From positions 726,510 through 790,509 of the forward strand of contig CAWHHS010000006.1 of assembly GCA_963829195.1 (NCBI GenBank): a stretch of DNA of 64,000 nucleotides. The letters are read 5' to 3'. This stretch comes from an uncultured Actinomycetes bacterium (GTDB lineage: Bacteria; Actinomycetota; Acidimicrobiia; IMCC26256; PALSA-610). Positions 43,954-54,296 of this stretch are shown one piece after another; positions within the stretch are counted from its first letter, which is position 1, and each line of letters opens with the position of its first letter. Made by a program: the position numbers and the translations under genes. Below the pieces are notes generated by a model. That model searched no databases and had not been told where the DNA came from. It was given only the letters and a program-made list of their open reading frames with translations.

Positions 43954-45264
43954 ATGTTCACGAGGAGCCGTCGAGTGGCGATCACCATTCCCGCGGCGCG
44001 TTACACGTCGAACGACTTCGCCGCCCTCGAGCACGAACGGCTCTGGCCGCGGATCTGGCAACTGGCGTGCTCGCTCGACCACGTCGCCACTCCGGGTGAC
44101 TTCCACGAGCTCCGCGTCGGGCCGCTGTCGGTGTTGCTGGTCCGGGGTGGCGACGGCGAGCTGCGCGGGTTCCAGAACGCGTGCCTGCACCGCGGCAGCG
44201 CGCTCTGCGAGGGCTCGGGCTCGGCGCTGACCGAGATCCGCTGCCCCTTCCACCGCTGGGCCTACGACCTGGCCGGACGGCTCCGGGAGGTGCCGTCCCG
44301 GCACGTGTTCGGCGCGCTGACCGAGCACTCCGGCGCGCTCGGGCTGACCGAGGTCCGCGTCGACACCTGGGGCCCGTTGGTGTTCGTCAATCTCGCGGCC
44401 GACGCCGAACCGCTCGCGGACTTCCTCGGCGAGGTCCCCGCCGACTGCGCGTGGGCCCGCGTCGACGAGTTCCGCTGTACCGCGGCGGTCTCGATCCCGG
44501 CGCCGTGCAACTGGAAGACGCTCATCGACGGGTTCAGCGAGACGTACCACGTGCAGGGGATCCATCCCGAGATGCTCCCGATGTGCGACGACGTGAACGG
44601 ACCCCAGCAAGTTTGGGACCGGCACGGGAAGCTGGAGCAGTCGTACGGCCTGCCCTCGCCGCGCCTGCGGGACCGGCCCGCCGACCAGCGGGTGTGGGAA
44701 AGCTTCGTCGAGGTGATGGGCGTACGCGTCGGTAACAACGCGCAGCGCGACCCCGGGCCCGCGCCGGAGGTGGCGCCCGGCGACACGATGCGAGGTGCGA
44801 TCGCGGGCGTGGTGCGAGAGCGGGGCGTCGCCGCGGGACACGCGTGGTTCGCGACCCTCGACGACCACCGGCTGCTCGACATGTCGCAGTACAACCTGTT
44901 CCCCAACGTCACCGTGCTCGTCTTCTCCGACATGCTCCAGGTGGTGCGCGCCCGGCCCGGCGCCACCCCCGACGAGGCGTTTATGGACGCGTTCACCTTC
45001 GACCGGGTCGCGCCCGCCGACCCGCGCCCGCGGACGAAGCCGTTCGACCTCGAGCTGGCGCCCGAGGGGGAGCTCCCGCTCGGACTCATCCTGAACCAGG
45101 ACTTCGCCAACTTCGCCCGCAGCCAGCGCGGGTTGCACCAACCGGGCTTCTCCCACCTCACGGTCTCGCCGACCGAGGAGTGCCGCATCGTCAACCTGCA
45201 CCGGAACCTCGAGCGCTACCTCGACATCAGCCCGACCGAGCTCCGCGTCCTCGACCCGGCCTGA
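43954..45264 (+). CDS. Rieske [2Fe-2S] non-heme-iron oxygenase alpha subunit (KshA/aromatic ring-hydroxylating family).
   Basis: Rieske motif CLHRGSALCEG...CPFHRWAYD. Mononuclear Fe region ETYHVQGIHPEM. Intact. Confidence 0.8.
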   Translation: MFTRSRRVAITIPAARYTSNDFAALEHERLWPRIWQLACSLDHVATPGDFHELRVGPLSVLLVRGGDGELRGFQNACLHRGSALCEGSGSALTEIRCPFHRWAYDLAGRLREVPSRHVFGALTEHSGALGLTEVRVDTWGPLVFVNLAADAEPLADFLGEVPADCAWARVDEFRCTAAVSIPAPCNWKTLIDGFSETYHVQGIHPEMLPMCDDVNGPQQVWDRHGKLEQSYGLPSPRLRDRPADQRVWESFVEVMGVRVGNNAQRDPGPAPEVAPGDTMRGAIAGVVRERGVAAGHAWFATLDDHRLLDMSQYNLFPNVTVLVFSDMLQVVRARPGATPDEAFMDAFTFDRVAPADPRPRTKPFDLELAPEGELPLGLILNQDFANFARSQRGLHQPGFSHLTVSPTEECRIVNLHRNLERYLDISPTELRVLDPA

Positions 45265-45270
45265 GCCCGG

Positions 45271-46440
45271 CTACACCAGCACGCAGCGGGTGCCCGTGTA
45301 GATCGTCGGCATGCACTTGTTGCAGTGGATGCACAGGCCTTCCCGCGTCGGGTCCTTCTGCATCTCGAGCAGCAGCTCGGGTTCGCGCAGGAGCGCCCGA
45401 CCGATCTGCACGAACGCGAAGCCCTCGTCGAGCGCGTCCGTCACCGTGTCGAGCCGGTTGATGCCGCCGAGGAGGACGAGCGGCATCGAGAGCGCGGCGC
45501 GGAACTGGCGGGCGTAGGGCAGGAAGTACGCCTCTTCGAACGGGTACTCCTTGAAGAACTTCCCGCCGAAGAGCCGGATGCCCGTCTTCAGGATGCCGGG
45601 GAACATCTCGGCCATCTCGTTGACCGGCGCCTCGCCCCGGAAGAGGTACATCGGGTTCTCGAAGGAGCTGCCGCCGGTCAGCGTGAGCGCGTCGAGTGCG
45701 CCGTCGGCTTCGAGCAGTCGGGCGAACTCGACACTCTCGTCGAGCCAGAAGCCGCCGCGCACGCCGTCGGCCATGTTGATCTTGGCGGTGACGGCCACGC
45801 CCGCGCCCGACGGCATCGCGCACGGTCCGCACGACATCGCGCGGGAAACGCGCCCGGTTCTCGAGCGAACCGCCGAACTCGTCCGTGCGCTTGTTCAACC
45901 GCGGCGACAGGAACGCGCTCAGGAGGTAGCCGTGGCCGATGTGCACCTCGATCGCGTCGAAGCCGGCGTCGCGCAACACCCGCGCGCCGTGCGAGTACTG
46001 CTCGATGATCTCGGCGATGCCCGAAGGCGTGACCGCGTGCGTGCGCCGCATCCCGAGCGGGCTGAAGACGCGCGACGGCGCGAGCGCTGGGCGACTTCGT
46101 CCCCATCGGATTCGCGACCGGGCCCGCGTGGCCGATCTGCGCGGCGATGGCGGCACCTTCGGCATGGACGGCGTCGGTGAGGGTCGCGCAGTCCGGTGCC
46201 GACGTCGGGATCGTCGAGGACGATCTGGTGGCCGTCGGTCGTGCCGGCTCGGGTGATCGCGCAGTACGCGACGGTCGTCATGCCGACGCCACCGGCCGCG
46301 AAGCGACGGTGGAACTCGATGAGCTCGGGCGTCACGACACGCCTTGGAGTGCGGCCCTCGAAGGTCGCCGCCTTGATGACGCGATTGCGCAGCGTCACCG
46401 GGCCGAGGCGGGCGGGGGCGAAAGGATCGATCGTGGCCAT
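45271..46440 (-). CDS. Old Yellow Enzyme-family NADH:flavin oxidoreductase. Two frame changes.
   Basis: MATIDPFAPARLGPVTLRNRVIKAATFEG...GGVGMTTVAYCAI; ...DAIEVHIGHGYLLSAFLSPRLNKRTDEFGGSLENRARFPRDVV; ...ALDEGFAFVQIGRALLREPELLLEM. Confidence 0.75.
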
Positions 46441-46478
46441 GCCGGGACGGTAGTCGTGACGCGACACAATGGGTCCCC

Positions 46479-46874
46479 GTGGACCTCGAACAGTTCTACG
46501 AAGCCGACCCCCGTCGCCGCCACTCCGAAGAGCTCGAGTTCGGCGAGGACTGGCAGGAGCGCGGTGCGCGCACCGAGGTGTCGTGGGTCGAGGCGACCGG
46601 CGAGCTGTACGCCATGCGCGACCCGCTCGGTCATCTCGAAACGCAGCTCTTCGGGGCCGAGACCGTGGATCCCGTCGCGAACGAGGACCTCGGGGTGCAG
46701 GTCCTGGGCGTCATCCGGGGTCGGGAGAACGTCGAGGCCGTGATGAGCGGCTGGGAAGCGGCGATGCCGGTCGGCGACAACAGCCTCGCATGGGTCCGCG
46801 ACCGCGTGGCCAACGCCGCGGCCGAGGCGGCGGACCCGCCCGCCGACCCGTCGCGCGACCTCCCCGGCGACTGA
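46479..46874 (+). CDS. Conserved hypothetical protein.
   Basis: Intact 131-aa ORF, MDLEQFYEADPRRRHSEELEFGEDWQERGARTEVSWVEATGELYAMRDP... Confidence 0.45.
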   Translation: MDLEQFYEADPRRRHSEELEFGEDWQERGARTEVSWVEATGELYAMRDPLGHLETQLFGAETVDPVANEDLGVQVLGVIRGRENVEAVMSGWEAAMPVGDNSLAWVRDRVANAAAEAADPPADPSRDLPGD

Positions 46875-46941
46875 ACTCCATCACCCCGCACTCCCGCACT
46901 CCCGCACTCCGGCAGACGCAGGGCTCGCGCCGTCCGGGTCG

Positions 46942-48360
46942 TCAGCCGCGCCCGAGCTCCCGGCGGAGCACCTTGCCGACCTCGCTGCGCGGCAGCGCAT
47001 CGATCCGGCGGAACTCGAAGGGGATCTTGTACGGGGCGAGGTGCGCGCGGCACTCGGCGACGAGGTCGGCGTCGGCGACGGCCGTGGTGGTCACGACGTA
47101 CGCGACCGGCACCTCACCCAGCCGGTCGTCGGCGACGCCGACGACCGCGACCTCCGCGACGCCCGGAACGAGGCGCAGCACCTCCTCGACGTGCTCGGGG
47201 AAAACCTTGTTGCCGCCGCGGTTGATGACGTCTCCCGCGCGCCCTTCGATCCAGACGAAGCCGTCGTCGTCGATCCGGGCCAGATCGCCGGTGTCGACGA
47301 AACCCTCGGCGTCCAGCCGCTCCGGCGCGATCCCGACCGCGGTGCTCGGCGGGCGCACGAGCAACCGCCCGATCCCCGCGTCCACGCCCACGTTCTCGGC
47401 GTCGTTGTCGTCGTTCTCGCCGTCGGTGGGAACGATCTTGATCGCGACGCCCGGATGCGGACGGCCGACCGCACCCAACTTCTCCGGATGCTCCCGTGCG
47501 TCGGCCGCCGTCCAGCCGATGACCTCGCCGATCTCGGCCTGGCCGTAACCGTTCAGGACGACGACACCGAACTTGTCCGCGAAGCGGCGCGCCTGCAACG
47601 GCGAGAGCGGCGCGGTGATGCTGCGCACGTAGCGCATCGGCGCCACGTCGACGACGGCGGCATCGTCCGACAGCATCGCCATGGCCGCGGGCGGCAGGAC
47701 CGTCGACCGGATCGCGAACCGGCGCACCAACGCCGCGAACACCCGCGGCTCGAATCCGTCCATCACGACGATCTCGGCACCGGCGCGCAACCCGAACAAC
47801 ACGTTGTAGATGCCGGCGTTGAGCGCGAGCGACACCGGGACGAGGTTCGGTGCGGGCCGCCGCGGCGCGTCGGTTCCCGATGCCGCCGCGCAGCGGCCCG
47901 AGGACGCGGTCGAGGAGCTCGAGATAGCTCGTGTGGGTGTGCAACACGGGCTTGGGTGCACCCGACGTGCCCGACGTCCACGTCACGAACGCGACGTCCG
48001 GTTCGTATTCGGAGGGGTCGGCGAGCGCCTCGGCCCCCGACGACGTCACGAGGGCGGCGGGCCGGGTGGCATCGAGCACGTTCCGGCGCTCGAGCTCCGG
48101 TGAACGCGGGTTCACGGGGACGAACACCGCACCGGCCTGCCAGACGCCGAACATGGCGACGATCGCATCGGGACCGTTCGGGAGCTGCACCGCCACGGCC
48201 TGCCCGGGTCGGACCCCGGCCGCGCGCAGCGTCTCGGCCAATGCCCCGGCCGCGGCGCGGGCCGCGCCGGCCGTCAGCGTCGTATCGGGGGAGTGCAGCA
48301 GCGGCTCGTCGGGTCCGCAGGGATGTTCGAACAGGAGCGCGGCGAGCGTCACAGCCCCGA
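46942..48360 (-). CDS. Acyl-CoA synthetase / fatty-acid-CoA ligase (AMP-binding family). Frameshifted.
   Basis: AMP-binding motif FVTWTSGTSGAPKPV...; YGQAEIGEVI; C-terminal GFVDTGDLARIDDDGFVWIEGRAGDVINRGGNKVFPEHVEEVL...GEVPVAYVV...APYKIPFEF. Confidence 0.8.
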
Positions 48361-48589
48361 CCTTGCCATTCTCCCTCCGCCGCGCGCCGATCGATCGCCG
48401 CCCCGGACCTGCGTACGCCGGCCCTGTCCGAGAAATCCGGGCGCGAGGCCCTAGGCTGGAGGCGCAGCTTCGCGGACGAGCTCGGCCACGCACCGCACGC
48501 TTCCACGACGGGCTGACGACATTTTCGATCATCTAGCGAGCGCGCGCCGGCGGGCGCCGCGCTCTCGCCGCCGGATGAGGGAGACCGAT

Positions 48590-48865
48590 ATGGCAACCCG
48601 GAGAACGACCTCGAACAAGAGGGAACGAGAACGCTCCAAGCAGGCGAAGGCGGCGGCCAAGCGGGAACGGCGCCAGGACAAGTCACCGGACGACGACGAG
48701 ACGACCGGGCCGGAGTTCGACGAGAACTCCGCGACCACGGAGGAGCTCATCGAACGCATCGCCGCGATGCACGAGCAGTTCGACGCGGGGCAGATCACTT
48801 TCGAGGCGTTCGACGAGGAGAAGACGGAGCTCATGGCCCTTCTCACCGCGCGCCTTTCGGAATAG
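48590..48865 (+). CDS. Small protein with a basic N-terminus and a SHOCT-like C-terminal motif.
   Basis: GGGAG Shine-Dalgarno site; MATRRTTSNKRERERSKQAKAAAKRERRQDKSP...EELIERIAAMHEQFDAGQITFEAFDEEKTELMALLT. Confidence 0.45.
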   Translation: MATRRTTSNKRERERSKQAKAAAKRERRQDKSPDDDETTGPEFDENSATTEELIERIAAMHEQFDAGQITFEAFDEEKTELMALLTARLSE

Positions 48866-48874
48866 TCTCTCCCG

Positions 48875-49808
48875 GTGCCGTCAGAGGTCGCCGAACGAGA
48901 GCCGGCGTCGCGCGCGCCCGCCGGCGGCGAGGCCGCGAGATTCGACCGCCGACCCGACGACAAGGTCAACGTCCGGTCGTCGCTCGCGTTCTTCGCGCTG
49001 CACCTGCTCCCGTTCCTCGCGATCTTCACCGGCGTCACCCGCACCGCGGTGGTCCTGCTCGTCGTGACGTTCACGACGCGGATGTTCTTCGTCACCGCCG
49101 GGTACCACCGTTACTTCTCGCACAAGTCGTACCGACTCGCGCGCCTGCCGCAGTTCATGCTCGCGTTCGGCGGCACGATGGCGTCGCAGAAGGGCCCGCT
49201 CTGGTGGGCGGCGCATCATCGCAACCATCACCGGTTCTCCGACACCGAGCGCGACGTCCACTCCCCCAAGCGCGGGTTCTGGTGGAGTCACGTCGGCTGG
49301 ATCCTCTGCGACAAGTACAACGAGGCCGACCGCAACCAGATCCGCGACTTCGCGCGCGTACCCGGAGCTGCGCTTCATCGACAAGCACGACTGGATCGGA
49401 CCGTGGACGCTGGCCGTCACGTGCTTCCTGATCGGCGGCTGGAGTGGCCTGCTCATCGGGTTCTTCGCGTCGACGGTCCTGCTCTGGCACGTGACCTTCA
49501 CGGTCAACTCCGTCGCCCACGTGATGGGGCGCCGCGCCTACGAGACCACGGACACGAGCCGGAACACGTTGCTCGTCGCGCTGGCGACCGGCGGCGAGGG
49601 CTGGCACAACAACCACCACCGCTACCCGTGGTCGGCCCGCCAGGGCTTCCGCTGGTGGCAGATCGACACGACCTACTACGTGCTGAAGGCGCTCAGCTGG
49701 GTCGGCATCGTCCGTGACCTGCGACCGGTTCCGCCCGCGATCGTCGAGGAAGCACGCGTGGCCAGGGCCCGGCGCCGCGATCCGGGCACTCCCCTCCCGT
49801 CGCGCTGA
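48875..49808 (+). CDS. Membrane acyl-CoA / acyl-lipid fatty-acid desaturase (stearoyl-CoA desaturase family). Frameshifted near 49370-49490.
   Basis: His boxes HRYFSHKSY and HRNHHRFSD; the third box region GEGWHNNHHRYP is in another frame. Confidence 0.75.
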
Positions 49809-49858
49809 GGCGCGCATACGCGCGGCCGACCCTTCCCGGGCGGGTTACCCTCGACCCC

Positions 49859-49975
49859 ATGGCCGACAAGTCACCCAAGAAGTCGAACAGCAAGAAGGCC
49901 GGGAAGAGCTTGAAGGAGAAGCGCGCCGACAAGCAGGCGAAGCGCGACGACAAGCGTCCGGGCATCGGCAACTGA
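49859..49975 (+). CDS. Possible 38-aa lysine-rich small protein.
   Basis: MADKSPKKSNSKKAGKSLKEKRADKQAKRDDKRPGIGN. Its A/G-rich codon use is unusual for this GC content, which argues for selection on the peptide. Confidence 0.3.
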   Translation: MADKSPKKSNSKKAGKSLKEKRADKQAKRDDKRPGIGN

Positions 49976-49987
49976 TCCGCCGCACCG

Positions 49988-51685
49988 TCAGCGCAGGAAC
50001 CGTCCGGGGCGCGCTCCCGTCGGCACACCGTCGCGCGTCGCGACCACACCGTTGACGACGCCGACCGCGACACCCGTCGCGTCGGTCACCAACCGCGTCC
50101 CGCCCGCGGGTTGGTCCTGCACGTAGCGGACACCCGTCGTCCCCACCCGGTCGGGATCGAACAGCACGAGATCGGCGGCGAGGCCGGGCTGCACGCGCCC
50201 GCGGTCGGCGAACCCGAAGAGGTCGGCCTGATCCGCGGTCAGCATCCTGATCGCCTGCTCGATCGTGAGCACCTCCCGTTCGCGAACCCAGTGCTGGAGT
50301 GTCCACACCGCGTAGCAACTGTCGGTGTTGAACTGCACGTGCGCGCCGGCGTCGGACGCGCCGATCATCACGCCCGGTTCGCGCAACTGCGCGGCCACCC
50401 CTTCGTCGTCGGCGTTGGCCATCGCGGTCGCGACCTGGGTCTCGAACCCGTCGGCGACAGCCAGGTCGAGGAGCAGATCGATGGGGTGTTGCGCACGTGC
50501 GCGTGCGACGTCGTCGACCGTCCGGCCCGGCAACGTCGGATCGGACGGCGAGTAGCGAATCGCGACGTGCTCCCACCGTCCGGAGAACACCGGGTTCGGG
50601 CGCATGCGATCGGCTTCCTCACGCAGGCGCACGCGGGCATCGGGATCAGCCGCCAGCGCCCGCACGGCGTCGGCGCCCCCGGCGCGTACCGCGCGCGCCC
50701 ACGTGGGCAGGCTGCGGACGAGCACGCCGGGCGCGTCGAGCCGGGTCCACAGCTCGAACGGGCGGGTGGAGATCTGGGGAACGACGCGCGCGCCCGGCCC
50801 ACTCCGGTCGACGGTGGCGCGGACGATCGCGCGGCCGCCGCCCGGATCGGCCCAGGTGTCGAACACCGGCCCGACCACGACCGGCCGGCCGCTCGCCGCC
50901 GCGAGCCGCAGGTGCCACTCGAGGTCCGCGGCGCGCGCCGTGCGGTCGGCGGCCAACAACGCGCGGGGCGCCATCGCGAAGATGCCGGGACCGCGCCCGT
51001 GGCCGAGCGCCGCCGCGACCGCGAGCAACTCGTCGTCGGCGCAGACCTGTCCCGGCAGGCGCGTCCCGCCCGGCCCGACGTTGTCGCTCACCTGATCGGT
51101 GCTGAACCCGACCGCGCCCAGTTCGACCGCCCGGCCGACCGCGGCCGCGATCCGCTCGACCTCCGCCTGGGTCGCGACCCGTTCCCGCGCCCCTTCGACC
51201 CCCATCACCGCGGCGCGAATCGCGACGTGACCCGCGTAGGTCGCGAAGTTGGCGAGCGGCGCCAACCGGTCGAGCCGGGCGAAGTACTCCTCGATGCTCG
51301 ACCACCCCCAGGGCACACCCTGCACCAGGGCGTCGCGCGGGATCGCCTCGACGGTGCTCATCACGTCGATCACGTAGTCGCGGGTCGTGTCGTCGACCGG
51401 GGCCAGCGTGTAGCCGCAGTTCCCGGTGACGACGGTCGTCACGCCGTAACCGGAGGACGGGGTGAGGTCGGGATCCCAGAACAGGTTGGCGTCGAGGTGG
51501 GTGTGCGGGTCGATGAAGCCCGGCGCGAGGCACTGTCCGCGACCGTCGATCTCCTCGGTTCCCGAACCGGCGGTGCCGACCGCGCTGATCCGTCCGTCGC
51601 GGCAGGCGACGTCGGCGACCCGACCCGGCCCGCCGCTCCCGTCGATGACGGTCGCCCCTCGGATCACCAGGTCGTGATCAGCCAT
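49988..51685 (-). CDS. N-acyl-D-amino-acid deacylase (D-aminoacylase) family amidohydrolase. Intact.
   Basis: DLVIRGATVIDGSGGPGRVADVACRDGRISAVG...GFIDPHTHLD; 565 aa. Confidence 0.85.
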   Translation of the reverse strand: MADHDLVIRGATVIDGSGGPGRVADVACRDGRISAVGTAGSGTEEIDGRGQCLAPGFIDPHTHLDANLFWDPDLTPSSGYGVTTVVTGNCGYTLAPVDDTTRDYVIDVMSTVEAIPRDALVQGVPWGWSSIEEYFARLDRLAPLANFATYAGHVAIRAAVMGVEGARERVATQAEVERIAAAVGRAVELGAVGFSTDQVSDNVGPGGTRLPGQVCADDELLAVAAALGHGRGPGIFAMAPRALLAADRTARAADLEWHLRLAAASGRPVVVGPVFDTWADPGGGRAIVRATVDRSGPGARVVPQISTRPFELWTRLDAPGVLVRSLPTWARAVRAGGADAVRALAADPDARVRLREEADRMRPNPVFSGRWEHVAIRYSPSDPTLPGRTVDDVARARAQHPIDLLLDLAVADGFETQVATAMANADDEGVAAQLREPGVMIGASDAGAHVQFNTDSCYAVWTLQHWVREREVLTIEQAIRMLTADQADLFGFADRGRVQPGLAADLVLFDPDRVGTTGVRYVQDQPAGGTRLVTDATGVAVGVVNGVVATRDGVPTGARPGRFLR

Positions 51686-51740
51686 GCGCGCGCACGGTAG
51701 TCGAGAAGACTTGTTTCCGGTCCGGCGATAGCGTTCGACC

Positions 51741-52499
51741 GTGAACGCAACCGACGTCGTGCGCGCGTCCTGCTCGACCGCGCGCAGCTCGACGACCTAC
51801 GCGCGTGGGCGGACGAGATCGAAGCCTGGCCGACCGGTTCGCACGTGTGGGGTCACTACGCGGAACAGACCGCCGCCGGACCTCGCATCTGTCGCACCGA
51901 GAACGTCTCCGCGTGCCATCCCGGTGTCGCCGCGCTCGTCGGCGGAGTGCTCGCCGACTGCGCGACCGCGGCACTCGGCGAGCCGGTGAGCCGCGTTCAA
52001 GGACAAGGTGAACTACAAACATCCGGGGGGCGCGGGATTCAGCCCGCACCAGGACCGCGTCGCGTATCCGGGGGTCGAACGCGTGATGTCGATCCTCGTC
52101 GCGATCGACGACTGCAGCCTCGAGTCGGGTTGTCTGTGGCTGGCCGGCGGCGTCGACGAGGTGCTTCCCGTCGACGACCGCGGGGTCGTGCGCGCCGACG
52201 TCGCGAACACGCTCGATTGGTTCCCGGCCGAGCTCGCCGCGGGCGACGCGGTCTGCATCGACGGCCTCGCACCGCACTACAGCGACGCCAACCGCGGCGA
52301 ACGATCGTGGCGCGTGCTCGTAGCGAGCTATGCACCGACGACCGAGCGTTACACCCGCGCGCACTACTACGCGCAACGCGGCGAGCGCATGCGCGACGAG
52401 ACCGACCGCGACGGTCGTTTCCGTATCAGCACTCTCGCCGACTTCGACGGTGCCGAAGTCGCACCCGAGACCACGGCCGACCACTGCACCCACACATAG
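51741..52499 (+). CDS. Phytanoyl-CoA dioxygenase (PhyH) family Fe/2OG oxygenase. Two frame changes.
   Basis: ...LRAWADEIEAWPTGSHVWGHYAEQTAAGPRICRTENVS...FKDKVNYKHPGGAGFSPHQDRVAYPG...VAIDDCSLESGCLWLAGG. Confidence 0.6.
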
Positions 52500-52578
52500 A
52501 TCCAACGGATCGCGAGGTTGAGGCCGTCGGGCTCACCCCCGCCGGGTTACCGGCGGCCTCCCTCGCAACACCGTCCGC

Positions 52579-53463
52579 TCACTGCCCGGTCGTCGGATTC
52601 CAGTTGCGGAAGTAGTCGGGGTTGCGGCGCGCCTTCATCGCCGCGTAGCGTGCGTCGAGCGGTTCGTCGCCGCTCGGGTTGATCCAGAAGCGGTCGGCGA
52701 GGATCGCGTCGAGCACGCGCCCCGCGACTTCCGAGAGCGGCGTCACCGGAAGCGGCGTGCCCGCCGCCTCCATCTGCTGTTCGAACTCCTCGAAGCTCGG
52801 ATACGCGGTGGTACGCGCAGCCTGCTTCGCGTATTCCTCGGGCCGCGTGCGCCAGGCCTCCCAGAGCTTCGTCCGCAACCAGTTCGGGCCGGGATACAAC
52901 ACCGAGCAGGAGATGTTCGTCTGCTGCGTCCGGAGCTGGTAGTAGAGCAACTCGGTGAGCGTCGTGACCGCGCTCTTCGAGGTCGCGTAGATCGCGGCGT
53001 CGCCCATCGGGGCGATACCGCCGTTGCCCGACGAGGTGTTGACGACGTGGCCCTCGTCGCCGCCCGCGATCATCCGCGGCACGAACGCCTTGATCCCCCA
53101 CGCCATACCGAGCACGTTGACGTCGAGACACCAACGCCAGTCGTTCTCCTCCGACTCCCACAGCATCGTCTGACCGCCCGGCCCGATACCGGCGTTGTTG
53201 CACAGCACGTGGACGGCGCCGAACGCCTCGACCGTCGCGTCCGCAAGGTGCTCGACCGACGGCAGCTTGGTGACGTCTGTGACACAGCCGGCGACGTCGA
53301 GCCCGTCGGCCCGCAGCGCAGCGACGGACACGTCGAGCGGGCCGGGCTGGATGTCGGCGAGCATCACCCGCATCCCGTGCTCGGCGAAATGGCGACCCAT
53401 CGCCAGGCCGATGCCGTTCGCACCGCCCGTGACGACCGCGACCTTTCCTTCGACGGATCGCAC
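52579..53463 (-). CDS. Short-chain dehydrogenase / reductase (SDR).
   Basis: GKVAVVTGGANGIGLA...CNNAGI...YATSKSAV (YxxxK). Confidence 0.85.
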   Translation of the reverse strand: MRSVEGKVAVVTGGANGIGLAMGRHFAEHGMRVMLADIQPGPLDVSVAALRADGLDVAGCVTDVTKLPSVEHLADATVEAFGAVHVLCNNAGIGPGGQTMLWESEENDWRWCLDVNVLGMAWGIKAFVPRMIAGGDEGHVVNTSSGNGGIAPMGDAAIYATSKSAVTTLTELLYYQLRTQQTNISCSVLYPGPNWLRTKLWEAWRTRPEEYAKQAARTTAYPSFEEFEQQMEAAGTPLPVTPLSEVAGRVLDAILADRFWINPSGDEPLDARYAAMKARRNPDYFRNWNPTTGQ

Positions 53464-53514
53464 GATGACCTCGCTCTCTGTTCCCGTCCGGGTGACCGTG
53501 GAAGACTCTCGATC

Positions 53515-54296
53515 ATGACGATTCGATACGGCGCCCGTCCACCCGAGCTGCAACGCAACCGTGAAGTCGAGGCCACCTCGGCCAAGATCTGGTCGACGGC
53601 GGTGACCGTCGTCTGGGAGACGGATCTCGACGCGATCCGAGCCGTGCTCCCGCCGCCGCTCGAACCGTCGGAACCGCTCGCGCGCATCCGGTTCGCGACC
53701 GTCGACATGGGGACCGGCATTCCCGTCTTCGGAGCGGGCTGGTTCGGCGTGCGGGCGCGCCACGGGAGCGTCGAAGGCGAGTACGCGCTCTTCATGCCGA
53801 TGACGACCGAACAGGCGACCGTCGGCGGCCGCGAGACCTACGGCGAGCCCAAGAAGATCGGGGCCGTGTCGATCGACGTCGACGGCGACCACGTGCTCGC
53901 CCGCTTCGAACGCATGGGCTTCCCGCTGGCGCGGCTGGAAGGGTCGCTCGGCGCGCCGGCCGACATCCCGGCCAAGGACAAGGTCGACTTCTACTTCAAG
54001 ATCAGCCCGTCGCCCGACGGCAAGGGCTTCGACACCGAGCCCCGCTCGTCCACGTCCGCCGCCACGAGGAGGCACGCGACGGCCGGACGATCGACGGAAC
54101 GCTCACGCTGCAGGACTCGCCGATCGACCCGATCGCCGACATCCCCGTCGGCCGGATCGTCTCGATGCAGTTCGCACAGGTCGCGACGACCCAGGAAGGC
54201 GAGGTCGTCGAACGCGTCCCCGCCGACTGGCTCCTCCCCTACGTACACCAGCGCTACGACGACCTGTCGGTGCTGGGCGCGAAGGCGAAGAAATGA
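53515..54296 (+). CDS. Acetoacetate decarboxylase (ADC)-like family protein. One frame change near 54040.
   Basis: MTIRYGARPPELQRNREVEATSAKIWSTAVTVVWETDLDAIRAVLPPPLEP...GEYALFMPMTTEQATVGGRETYGEPKKIG. Stop overlaps the next start (ATGA). Confidence 0.65.
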
